From NCBI GenBank assembly GCA_021432655.1, contig MU271580.1, forward strand, positions 8,983 to 42,133: a stretch of DNA of 33,151 bases. Direction: 5' to 3'. The notes below the pieces were generated by a model. It was not told where the DNA came from, made no database searches, and was given only the letters and a program-made list of their open reading frames with translations. Made by a program: the position numbers and the translations under genes. Of the stretch, positions 1 through 11,300 are shown one piece after another. Within the stretch, counting starts at the first letter, position 1, and the number at the start of each line of letters is the position of its first letter. This DNA comes from Atractiella rhizophila. Taxonomy: Eukaryota.

Positions 1-1567
1 CCTTTACACTTTCCTTTAGACCATTGTCGATCTCGTTCCTGTCGATAGTTCTTTCCCAGTCGATCACAGACGGTGAGTTGTACAGTCCAAGGAGAAACAT
101 GAACGCTTCTTTCTTCTCTGTGAGGCTGAAGTCCTCACGGAGATACACAACGCCACCCTGCACGACCCTGAGACAAACTTCTGAAGAGCAAAATGTGCGC
201 ACGCTAGGCTTCTTGACATTCTCGCTACACATCAGATACCGCGTAACCTGCATGTCATGGTCCACATAGCAGCAAATCATAACAAACGGCCAGGGCGAGT
301 CATTACCCTTGTTAATGGAAGACTGCACAATTCTAACCACAGCAGCGCCTTCGAGCAGCATTCGAGTTTGATCTTCCCCATCTTCCGTTTCATTCTCGTA
401 TTCTTTCACCGAATGAACCTCAACAATAAGTCTTGGAATTTCGTTCACGCGAAACTCGTAATGGTTGCGGGGTCGATATCTAAACTGAGTAGGCGGTCCC
501 TGTCCGCTCGGATTGAGTACGAAAGGAAGTAAGTGGAATTTCCACTGTTTATTGCTGCAGACCAAGCGTCAACCCATGCCACACATCGCAAGCAACCGTA
601 CGCTTTAAAGTCCAAATTTCGACGTGCGCTCCTCCCCATCCGGTTAGCCAGCTCGTTTGCAACGTGTTGCATGTAGGTTGCGACAAAATACGCTTCTTTG
701 TTGTCGCGATAGCTACCGAGGTCCATATAGAGGCAATGCCCAACGGCCGCCGAATAATGGAGAAGCTCTCTCAGGGTCAGACGCCGCTGCGAAGAGGGAA
801 GACTAGAACCAAAATCGGAACGAAGCTTCTTCGCGAATTGGACGTGGGGGCCCAGTAGTTCTTCCTCAAGTCCAGGTGAAGGCAAGTCGAAAATTCGACG
901 TAGTTTCTGAGCCGCATCATCGAGCGGCGCAGCGGAGGACGGTAAATTAGCAGCGTTGATGATGTGGTTCACGTTGAGCAGGGCCTCGTGAGTGAGGAAC
1001 GTTCCCTGCTTCATAGCCTGGAATTGTGCAAGTTTCTGAATGCCGCTAAGCTCCTCGTTATGGGGCTGCCGAGCTAGCTAAATAGTTACCGGTGCTGGTG
1101 GGACGGGGAGAAAGCGTACTATCGAGGTTTTCGAACGGCAGTACTTCAGCAATAATATGCAATTGAGACCGGTCCGGTTGAGACGTCCAAAGATCGCTAA
1201 CGACCTGGTAGGGAAGAAGGATCTCCAAAGCCAAAGAGCGTTTAGGGGAATCGGCGTCTTCATCGCTGTTAGGGTCGTTCCAAGGAAAATCAATCGATTG
1301 GAGAGTTTCTTTGACATTTCGGAGGTTGGTCCTTGTCAGAAAAAGTGGCGTGTTGACTTGCCAAATCCTGACTCTACAAGTACCTACCTCGATTTCAAGC
1401 TTCTTGAAAGATGGTTGGTTTGCCTCCAAGTCGCCACGGATTTGATCTTGGACATTCCGTATATACAAAGATGTTCTGTCCAGGGTAATCACATTTGGAG
1501 AAGTATAAAGATCAGGCTTTCTAATGGCGACGTAACAAAGAGAAAGAGGTGGCTGCAGCTGCTCCAT
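1..1567 (-). CDS. Crinkler(CRN)-like protein, copy 1 (spliced, 3' end outside window): ubiquitin-like CRN N-terminal domain plus a putative restriction-endonuclease-like C-terminal domain
   Basis: ATG at 1567. Predicted introns 1119-1074 (GTACGC..GCTAG) and 601-555 (GTACGG..CTGCAG) join the ORFs in frame (..NLD-T-RQPHNEELSGIQKLAQFQAMKQG..; ..DFKA-NKQWKF..). A possible in-frame intron lies at 202-158. Exon 1 has VRIWQVN and LHIIAEVLP, resembling the fungal CRN LxLWKV and HVLVxxP motifs. The C-terminal part has YRPRNHYEF..PRLIVEVHS..RMLLEGAAVVR and stays open to base 1. Confidence 0.7.
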
Positions 1568-3360
1568 GAAGGTTTTTGGTTAGGGATGCACAACGGGCGG
1601 TAACGTGACGGGTGGAGGATGCTACGTGAGCTTCTTCACGTCAAGTAAAGGCGTGCGGGTCCGTTGAGGCGGCATCCAAGGTGACGGCCGCACGTCGAAG
1701 TAACACGTAACGGGGTCGTAACGGGTTTACGCCTCACGTCTTGTAATATTGTGCTTACTGAGCTAAATAATGTAAAATAAAGTACAGAATGAGTTTAAGA
1801 AATCAAAGAGCAAAAGTTCTGAGCAAAGAATTCCGACGTAAACTTCGACACAAACATATGAGTTGTACAGTCCAAGGAGAAACATGAACGCTTCTTTCTT
1901 CTCTGTGAGGCTGAAGTCCTCACGGAGATACACAACGCCACCCTGCACGACCCTGAGACAAACTTCTGAAGAGCAAAATGTGCGCACGCTAGGCTTCTTG
2001 ACATTCTCGCTACACATCAGATACCGCGTAACCTGCATGTCATGGTCCACATAGCAGCAAATCATAACAAACGGCCAGGGCGAGTCATTACCCTTGTTAA
2101 TGGAAGACTGCACAATTCTAACCACGGCAGCGCCTTCGAGCAGCATTCGAGTTTGATCTTCCCCATCTTCCGTTTCGTTCTCGTATTCTTTCACCGACTG
2201 AACCTCAACGATAAGTCTTGGAATTTCGTGGACGCGAAACTCGTAATGGTTGCGGGGGTGATATCTAAACTGAGTAGGCTGTCCCTGTCCGCTCGGATTC
2301 AGTACGAAAGGAAGTAAGTGGAATTTCCACTGTTTATTGCTGCAGACCAAGCGTCAGCCCATGCCACACATCGCAAGCAACCGTACGCTTTAAAGTCCAA
2401 ATTTCGACGTGCGCTCCTCCCCATCCGGTCGGCCAGCTCGTTTGCAACGTGTTGCATGTAGGTTGCGACAAAATACGCTTCTTTGTTGTCGCGATAGCTG
2501 GCGAGGTCCATATAGAGGCAATGCCCAACGGCCGCGGAATAATGGAGAAGCTCTCTCAGGGTCAGACTCCGCTGCGAAGAGGGAAGGCTAGAACCAAAGT
2601 CGGAACGAAGGCTCTTCGCGAATTGGACGTGGGGTCCCAGTAACTCTTCCTCAAGTTCAGGTGAAGGCAAATCAAAAATTTGACGTAGTTTCTGAGCCGC
2701 ATCATCGAGCGGCGCAGGGGGGGACGGTAAATTAGCTCCGTTGATGATGTGGTTCATGTTGAGCAGGGCCTCGTGAGTGAGGAACGATCCCTGCTTCATA
2801 GCCTGGAATTGTGCAAGTTTCTGAATGCCGCTAAGCTCCTCGTTATTGCGCTGCCAAGCTAGCTATATAGTTAGCGGTTAGGTCAGTGGGATGGCGAGAG
2901 AGCGTACTATCGAGGTTTTCGAACGGCAGTACTTCAGCAATAATATGCAATTGAGACCGGTCCGGTTGAGACTTCCAAAGATCGCTAACGACCTGGTAGG
3001 GAAGAAGGATCTCCAAAGACAAAGAGTGTTCAGGGGAATTGGCGTCCTCATCACTGTGAGGGTCGTTCCAAGGAAAATCAATCGATTGGAGAGTTTCTTT
3101 GACATTTCGGAGGTTGGTCCTTGTCAGAAGAAGTGGCGTGTTGACTTGCCAAATCCTGACTCTACAAGTACCCACCTCGACTTCAAGCTTTTTGAAAGAT
3201 GGTTGGTTTGCCTCCAAGTCGCCACGGATTTGATCTTGGACATTCCGTATATACAAAGATGTTCTGTCCAGGGTTATCACATTTGGAGAAGTATAAAGAT
3301 CAGGCTTTCCAATGGCGACGTAACAAAGAGAAAGAGGTGGCTGCAGCTGCTCCATAAAGG
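74..3360. repeat. Tandem segmental duplication of the CRN-like gene (74-~1575 vs 1859-~3360, offset 1785-1788)
   Basis: Near-identical ORF sets in the track (445-1014/2299-2799, 1058-1567/2843-3355, 257-532/2042-2317). Homology starts at TGAGTTGTACAG (74/1859) and ends about 10 nt upstream of the ATG. The 3-nt indel falls inside predicted intron 1. Confidence 0.95.
1763..3355 (-). CDS. Crinkler(CRN)-like protein, copy 2 (spliced; 3' end replaced at the duplication breakpoint)
   Basis: ATG at 3355. Introns 2907-2859 (branch GCTAAC) and 2386-2340 (branch GCTGAC), with possible 1987-1943. Matches copy 1 up to ..GLYNS, then reads into unrelated sequence and stops at 1763. Confidence 0.65.
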
Positions 3361-3454
3361 TTTTGTGCTGAGTGGAAAAGTGAGGTTCTGCGTTCTGTGT
3401 GCTTGTACCTGCTTGTACGTCGATGCCATTGCGGCCGAGTTTGTTTCCCGCATT

Positions 3455-4430
3455 TCATTGCGCACAGATGAAGCAAGGATCAATTTGTGGTTGCACTTTG
3501 GGGGAAAGGTTGTAACAACTCATATGGGTCATGTTGGTGGTTACAGCTCCTGAGCTCTTTTGTGTGCTGCCAAAAGTGTGCTGTTGTGGCAGTCGGCCGG
3601 CAGGCAATATGTTTCCATGAGAGGCAAGATTGGACTCTAAAGTACCTTTAGTAGCCGAGCGGGTTGGGTAGGATGGAGGTGTTTCCATTAGCTGGAAAGG
3701 GGAGAGCTCTATATCGAGATATTCGAGAGGCGGTAGAAAGGAGCCTGGGTCACATATTGCAGAGCCTAAGGCTTCGGCGGAGGGAGTGATGTGAGAGGCG
3801 GGTACTTCGTAAGGCGTAAATATGTGCAGGTGTAGGAAAGACGGAAGCCTGTTGATGCTGAAAAGGGGGATGAGGAGGCAGTCCTCCACGTCGCCGATGT
3901 CGAGCTCCGTGATCCTCCCACCCATCCTTGTACATATCTCTCCACCACTTCCTTCCTCCACTTCCTTGAACCTTTTCGAAACCTCAAACTTCCATTGCAT
4001 TCCTTCATTCTGCCCACATAGAAAATCAATCTCCCCGACTTGCGGACGCGAATGAGGGTTCATGCAACTCGACTAAATCATGGAGCATAAAATAGATATT
4101 CGGGATTGCAGTCATCCGACAATGCAGAAAGCTAATCGAAGTGTAAATCCTACAGAGGGATCACTGGAGGAAGTTAGTCATCATCTTTGTTCCTTTCACT
4201 TTCGGGAACGTCGGGCACTGCAGGTTTAGGATGTGGGACAAACGATGATCAATCTGCTTCTGAATTGCCAGTCATCGACTAACAGCTCTCCTCCACAGCT
4301 TCAAAGAAATTCTGCTGTTCAGATTTTGAATCGCGCCACGGTGTTACTTCAAGTTGCTTGATAGTTTCGCAGGATCTGCAGAGTTGGTGAAAGTTCTCGT
4401 AAGTTATCCCAGGTATAAACTGGTCCTGTC
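3455..4430 (-). pseudogene. Possible degraded gene remnant (LRR/F-box-like composition) between the CRN-like and NLR genes
   Basis: 202-aa ORF 3455-4063 with LRR-like patches (ITELDIGD, LPPLEYLDIEL) and an upstream fragment LCRSCETIKQLEV. Stops intervene and no clean gene model could be built. Confidence 0.3.
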
Positions 4431-4947
4431 AACGGTTGAGGCTGGCTGGGTTAAACATTGACAACCGTCATGGCCGCGTAGAGGGATGCGTGGGAGAAGG
4501 GCTTAACGTCGGTTTCTGTCTGTTCTTCGCCCTTCTCAAATTACACCTGCATATCTTCATCATGATTAATTCACGAGACCCTTTTACGAGCTCCTCACTC
4601 AGCACTGGAAGATCTGTTTGTTGATTTTCCCAGCTTTAGTTATTGAGATTGACAAACTACTTGTCCTGCGTTTCCCACATGCAGTCGTGGAGCGCGCTCC
4701 ACCCATCTTCAATGCATCCGCACGTACGGATGATCTTTTGGATCAAACATCTCCTCCATCGCATTCCGCTCGTCTTCTCCTCCCTCCGATATCAATTCAC
4801 ACTGCCTTTTCACTGGCTCTCCTGCTTACTAACGGCATCCATTTACAGATACGTGACTTCCATTTCTCAGTGTGTTCCCGCATTCAACAAATCAGGACCA
4901 GCTCTCATTCAGTTATCGTCGGCACCGTATATTATTTTCTCAACGCG

Positions 4948-7900
4948 ATGGATGCCTCTGCCTTTATGAAGACGCTCAGGCCTCCTTCTTCGCCTGCCAA
5001 CGATCACGATAATGGAGACCTAGGGAGTTCGTCTGAGGACAACGACCAATTTGGCACCAAATCGCAAGAAACTCCATCGGGGGAATGCGATACAGTTCGC
5101 AACCAGTCAGTGATGCCACTGGATTCTCGATCCCACCCATTCCTCAGCGCCAAAACGAAAGCTTTTCAGCCAATACTTCGTATGTTAGGGCGGCGTACCG
5201 CGACGACCGTTCCGTCCAGAACTCCCACTCCAACATCGTTTACATCCCCTGTCACCTCCCACGTTCCAACTGTCAAAATTTTCGAAGTCCCGGACAATGT
5301 CAAGACAACGAACGACAAAGGACTCCGAATCCTCGCGATCGACAACAGCGGCATCTATACTTTCTCCACCCTTTATATGCTCGAGGCCGTCATGCTTGAG
5401 GTTGGAGCGCTCCTCTGCGTGCCGGAAGGAGAAGAGGTTCGGCCGTGCGATGTTTTCGACCTGATTTGCGGCACTTCCACTGGCGGATGGATTGCCCTCA
5501 TGCTCGGACGGTTGGGCATGACGGTACGCGAATCCATGCGCGCCTATGAGGAGATCGTGCAGACAGTTTTTTCCTATCAAGGTCCAGTTTCGGAACAAGG
5601 CTGCGTCTACTCTGCAGAGAGGCTCGAAGCCGTCTTCCTCGACATCATTGCACGTCATGCTCCATCATCTGGACCGTCATCCCATCTTCCTATGAAGGAT
5701 GAGAAGATCGTAGATCGATGCAGAACCTTCGTCGTCTCAAAGCACGAATCAGCCGTCTTTTCGACAGAGATGCGCACGTACGACGTCCGCCACGCAGCTC
5801 GCTTTGCCGCTCGATGTAGTGTGTGGGAGGCGGCAAGAGCAACTTCTTCTGCTCCTGACATCTTCCCTCCTATCGTCATCGACAAAACGAAATATGTCGC
5901 CAGCGGAAACAATAACCCAGCAGGATTGGCGATCGAAGAATCGAAGCGCATTTGGGGGGAAGGGAGCCAAGTCGCCTGTCTTGTCTCTTTGGGGTCAGGG
6001 ATCGCGCCAGCTATCAAGTGGGGTTGTGCTAAACACGAGATTGAAATCGCTGTGAAGGCAATTGCCGAAGATTGTTCCCAGGTGGCCGATCAGGCGAAGA
6101 TGAGGATGCAGGTTGAACGCCTAACACATCACTACCACCGCTTTTCAGTCCAAAAGATGGGAGGCGTCAAAGAGAGAAAGGAGGACGTCGTGGGCGTTAC
6201 AAAGGCTTACATGGACGTAATGAGGTACGAAGTGCGGAATGCTGCTGAATATCTCGTTCGGGGTAGTTCTCTTACCGCTTCTGTTGCTATTGTGTTGATG
6301 CTCTTGTAGTGTGTGCTGAGCGGATTGCAGTTCGTCGACGGCTGCCATTACCGCCTCCAGGCTCTTGCTTTGGCCGTGAAGATGAGATCCAACGTGCTAG
6401 AAACGCTATACTTAACCGGCGCCATGTTGCGATTGTGGGTGGAGCTGGAAGCGGTAAATCCACCGTTGCACTCAACACAGTGCACTCCGAAGAGATCGAG
6501 CAGTACTTCACAGATTTGACGGGCGGCAGTAGAGAAGATCTCCGCTTTTGGGTTCGCTGCGACAACTTTGATACCTTTGCTCGGCTTTCCGACCATATCT
6601 GTGACGATGTCTTTGCGCTGCCCCGATCTGGCAAACCATCACTGGCCGTCGTCGCTGACTACTTCAGAAGTAGAAAATGTCTTCTCGTTTTGGATAACTT
6701 TGAAACTCCGCTGCATGGTGACACCGGCCAAAGGCACCACTTCTTCCAATCCCTTCTTTCGAACAACTCGGTAGGGTCGGTGCTTGTCGTGGCCCATCGT
6801 GGAAATGAAGTTGAACCCTTGTACGTGAAAGCAAACGAGCGAGTAATGTTTTTCAGAGTCTTAGTTGGCAATTTGCCAGAAGCACATGCCCTGGAACTCT
6901 TCAAAAACTTATATCGGGGAGAAGAGACTCTTTCGCCGTCGCTGATCAAGCAGCTAGTTGAAGAACTACACTTCCATGCTCTATCAATCAAGCTGTTCGC
7001 TGTACGCGCTAATGTGGATTCAACTATGACACTCAAAGAATTGTTCTACAAGTGGAAGGATAGAAATATCGATGTTTTCGGGGACAGGGGGGGCAGAAGC
7101 ACAATGACGCTCAAAAAGTCGATATTGTTCTCCCTCAATTCTCCAGTGCTCCAAGCCCAGGGGGAGTGCGGTTTCTTTGGGCTTGCTCTCCTATCATGGG
7201 TGCCTGACGGCCTGTCCCTTAGCGATTTATCAACGCTCATATCCGAGTCTTCTGAGTATCGGAATGTCTTGGAGGCCCTCACAGTGATTTCAAAGATCGG
7301 GCTTGCCGATGACCTCCAAGGTACTCTCCGTATGCTCGCTCCTATTCGCAAGCACATCAACCGCCTTGTACGTGATTCCAGCCCTCCGTTTTCGAAGACT
7401 CTCTCCGTGTCACTTCAGCCGCTTGCCAACCATCTCATGCAAAAACCTGAGAAGATTAATGAAGAGTTCAACATCAACCACGATGATAGAGCACTTAGGC
7501 AATCCTTGCGAACTTTCTTCCGTGACCAGTATCAAAACCTCGAACATGTTTTGCTAGAAAGCATGGTACACCTACCAAACCGTTTGTCAATTGTCCGCCA
7601 TGTGGAGAAAATGTCAAAAACCCCATACGTGAATCTCTGGCTCTCGATCCTGCTCTTACGACGGGCACTTTGTGTCGTGGAGGAAGTAATAGGACAAGAT
7701 CAGAGGCACTCCGATCTGTTAAGGCTAAAGTGTTCACTAACCGAGTCTCTTGCCTGCCGATTTCGCAAGGAAGGTGCCACTGAGGATGCACTGAGGACGT
7801 TTAAGGAGACGAAGGTGCTATATGTGGAATTGGGAGATAAATTAGGTACATTAGGACAAGCCGACTGTGCCTACAATGTCGGGGAAATCAATCTTCTACT

Positions 7901-8003
7901 TGGCCGGAATGAAGATGCACGCAAGGATTTTGAGGAGGCAAAAAGACTCTGTCTAGAAGCGGGAGAAGATGCAACAAGATTTGAATATTGGATCTGGCAC
8001 TGA
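4948..8003 (+). CDS. Fungal NLR-like protein A: patatin-like domain + STAND/NB-ARC-like NTPase + TPRs, about 1002 aa, exons 4948-6262 and 6310-8003
   Basis: Patatin motifs LRILAIDNSG, FDLICGTSTGG, WEAARATSSAP, NNP, LVSLGSG. NTPase motifs FGREDE, Walker A GGAGSGKST, Walker B LLVLDNFE. About 2 TPR-like repeats at the C-terminus. A 47-nt intron fuses the two track ORFs in frame. First ATG of the ORF is 4948. Confidence 0.9.
6263..6309 (+). other. 47-nt spliceosomal intron joining the patatin and NTPase exons (mirror copy 29766-29812)
   Basis: GTAGTT...TTGAT...CTTGTAG. Splicing gives CGG G|TG TGT GCT GAG (R-V-C-A-E), exactly the frame of ORF 6309-8003. Size matches the other introns in the window. 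Confidence 0.85.
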
Positions 8004-8306
8004 AATGGCTTGTCTTGAACTAAACCTCATACAGGCTAGATTGCACACAGAATCTTTTGAGCGATGAAAAAATAGCAAAAAGGATGATAATGGCTACTTC
8101 AATTTGCGAAATGGAGGTTCTTTCTATGTCATGGCAGTGTAAACAGTAGAACTGAGAGCAGAATTTTGACCCTCACGAGGGTTCTAGGCTAAATTGAGAT
8201 GTTCCTGCAAGACAAAAAGTTATACAACTTTTGCACTTTATCAGATCTCATGCACTTCTTCAAATTTAAAAGATTGAGGGAAGACTTTTAAACACACATC
8301 CAATAG

Positions 8307-11300
8307 TGTTAGAACTGACACTCTTCTTGTTGTGAGCAACGGGGGAACTGCCAAGTTAGAGTGGATATCCTAAGAGAACCAATCTGGATATTTGCACTTC
8401 ATCGTCCATTTGCACCTCCTCCTATTACCAATTGGTGAAATTATGTTTTCTCTCCTCTTATCAACCCTGTGAGATCCCACTGTTACATCCCCTTGTGGTT
8501 CTCTTACATGTTTCATATACTCTCTTCTCCACACTTTGTGACGGTGTTATCCCACTTATATATAGATCGGAGAGTTGAGGTTACCTTAGAGTATTCTCTT
8601 AGGTTTATCTCCACTGCAGGTTAATATTCTCATGTCATATTATGCTCTTAGGTTTATCTTTACTACAGCTACATCACCGATTGGCGACTGTAGACAATGC
8701 CTGCCTTAACAGAAGAATGCTCTCCCTTTTTTTCAAAATCAATTCACAACCAAAGTTTACAAAATTGATGAAAATATTGGAAGTTTGGGGAGATCTGGAG
8801 GCTCAGGATTCACCACCTATCAGTGATTTGTTATCGGCAGAGGAACGTCTTCATCACTTGGAAAGAATGTTTGAAGGTCTGTACCTCAAGACTGAGCGGT
8901 TTGGAAAACTTGATCAAGACCTCATGACGAGTTTCCATCAGCAAAATGTGCAAGCTTCCATAAATGTGAACGAAATAGCACAACTGAGGTCCCATCCTCA
9001 AAACACAAACGAACGATTCCTTCAACTGCTAGACTCCAAACTGCCACCTGCTGATGACAACAGAGCCACTTCCCCCCTTACATCTAGGACAGACCCATCA
9101 CCACCCACACATTCCTCTCCCTCTATACCTCCAGGTGCCTAATGAGCCTTATGAGGTATCAAACTTGCTCCCTTCAATCTTCAAAAGCAGTGCCTAGCTT
9201 AACACTGAATTCTCTTTACAAATTTCTGTCTACACTTCTGTCATCCAACGATAGTTCCTCTCAGAACTGTGAAAAATTTTACTTACTCTGTCGTATACGA
9301 AGAAAGGAGATGCTGTAAAATTCGTCACTGGGATATTGTGCCAACTTAGCGAAAACAGCGAACAGATTTTGTTGGAGTAATTTTTATCGGAGTTCAGAAC
9401 CCCTTTTTACATAACTAATCAACAATGTATTGCACAAATAAGGCTGTCTTCCCTTCAACAGAAAGATGACCTAGAATCCTACATCATCAAGTTTGAGAAG
9501 TGGCCAATCAGGCAGCTTTCATGATTGAGGTGCTCACCTTCTTCTTCCAATGTAGGCTCAATCCTGCCGTATACCTCAAGGTGATACAAGGTGATTCCCC
9601 CAAGTCCCTTGAAGAGTGGAAGGAAAAAATGTGGTGAATCGATGCAGAAGAATTGGTGCATTCTAGCTTCTTTCAAGGCATCTCATCGGTGATAGGTGAA
9701 GCCGAAAATATACCTTTAGCAAAGAAAGGTAACTCGAAATTGATGAAACAGAAGGACAACAGTGGCCGTCCATGGTACTGTTTAAGCGCTGCTTTGTTGC
9801 TAGTCGCTGCTTTGTTGCTGAGCGTCGCTTTGCAACCTTATGAAGCTAAAGACCCTGACAATATGAGGTGGACACAACGAAGTTTAGAACCCTATGGTGA
9901 AGATGCTAAAAAATGCAGGATTTCCATGAGCAAAGAGCAATATCTTCATGCACAAGGAGTATATTTTGACACTTGTCTCGCATAACAAGAACGGCAATCT
10001 GCACAAATCGCCAACCTGTCACTGAAAATGAACGTGAGTCAATTGTCAGGACGGATACAAAGATGTGGTGAGTGTGATATGTCAGTGTACTGTAAGGACA
10101 TTGTTAAGTGGAAATACTGAGAGAACAACTAGGTCTCAGGGGCATTGTCCTTGCCCTGCATAGCTACAAACTATAACTCTAACACTGTAAAGGTTACCTG
10201 ATGTATAGGGTAGAAGAGATGGGGAAATAGAAATGCAAAAATACAGCAGTCCAAACGTGACTTGAACCCAACCCACAACTCTAAATAGGCAATCTGGAGT
10301 GATCTTGACCACAATCAACAGCCGGATGAGGATTTTTGAGGTGGCAATGGGTGATGGAGTGTCCTCGTTGCTGACTTACAATTCATTTTCTTCACCTAAA
10401 ATCACTTCCAACAAGGTGCCGCTTTGTACAGATTTCCCTCCTTCTGAATTTGGCTCACCCTTCCAAAGATATGTTTTCTGTCTTGGAGACAAAGTTGCAC
10501 AGATGTCACAAAAATATACAACAAATGGCACTTCAACCATCATATCCCTTATCAGTTCGAAAACGAAACTCAGAACTGTGTTTCAAAATCTATATTCCCA
10601 TTGCTAACAAGCCATATAGGGGCTCATCAACAGTGGGCGACCACTTCTTTCATTTCCCTAAAACTCCTTGCTGCATACAATCTACCGGTCACTCAAGTTT
10701 CTTCCTCTCACAATGTCAACGGATCTCTCAATTAGGGGGGTTCTATCCACTCAGTAGCTTATTTACCCATTTCCGAGGTTTGACAATTCACGGCGGTGGA
10801 GCTGGGACCGGTTAAGATAATTTTGGGTCATAATTGGTTAAGATACCATGACCCAGAGATACCATTAAATGGCATCAGGAAAGTTGAGTTCTCCCGCTCC
10901 CCACCAGTCGCAATATAACTGATGTGTCTACCACAGGCAAACAACTTCCATCAGCATCTGCCTTGATACTGTGCCAACACAACGAAATCACAGAAATTGC
11001 CAAAAGACGCCATGGCGATGAGACAAAAGAGTATTGTTGAAATACTGGTACAAATGCCAACTTTAGACATTTTCGATGATGAACAATCTAAAGCTTCACT
11101 TCCTCTTCATGACCTTAGGACCATACCATCAACCTCAAACCATCCGCTCAACCATATGCCGGCCCTGTCTACCCCTTGAAGAGTGACAAACAAGTATTGC
11201 TTGACCAAAATATTGATGCTGAAGGCGTATCTAGGCTGGATCAGTTCCAGCAGAGGAATCGAACTAGACCTAGTAAAAGTGGCAGGTGTGATGGATTGGC

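Larger units (their letters stand above)
2924..8020 (+). repeat. Left arm of a >=5.1 kb inverted repeat
   Basis: Every ORF in 3277-8003 that has a partner mirrors it with coordinate sum 36075 (4618+31457, 6309+29766, 8003+28072, 3455+32620). The outer limit is set only by the window end. Confidence 0.98.

Noticed and set aside
4618..4947. 110-aa N-terminal extension of the patatin ORF from a TTG start
   Set aside because: Non-ATG start and pyrimidine-rich, UTR-like sequence; the first ATG at 4948 is preferred.
6307..6311. Overlapping TAG/GTG suggesting a bacterial-style two-gene patatin + STAND operon
   Set aside because: A 47-nt GT-AG intron fuses the two ORFs in frame, and the context (introns, LTR elements, Helitron) is eukaryotic.
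8596..8660. Short direct repeat CTCTTAGGTTTATCT, twice
   Set aside because: Only two copies within a probable LTR or leader region; not a CRISPR or other functional array. No rRNA, tRNA or CRISPR was recognised anywhere in the window.
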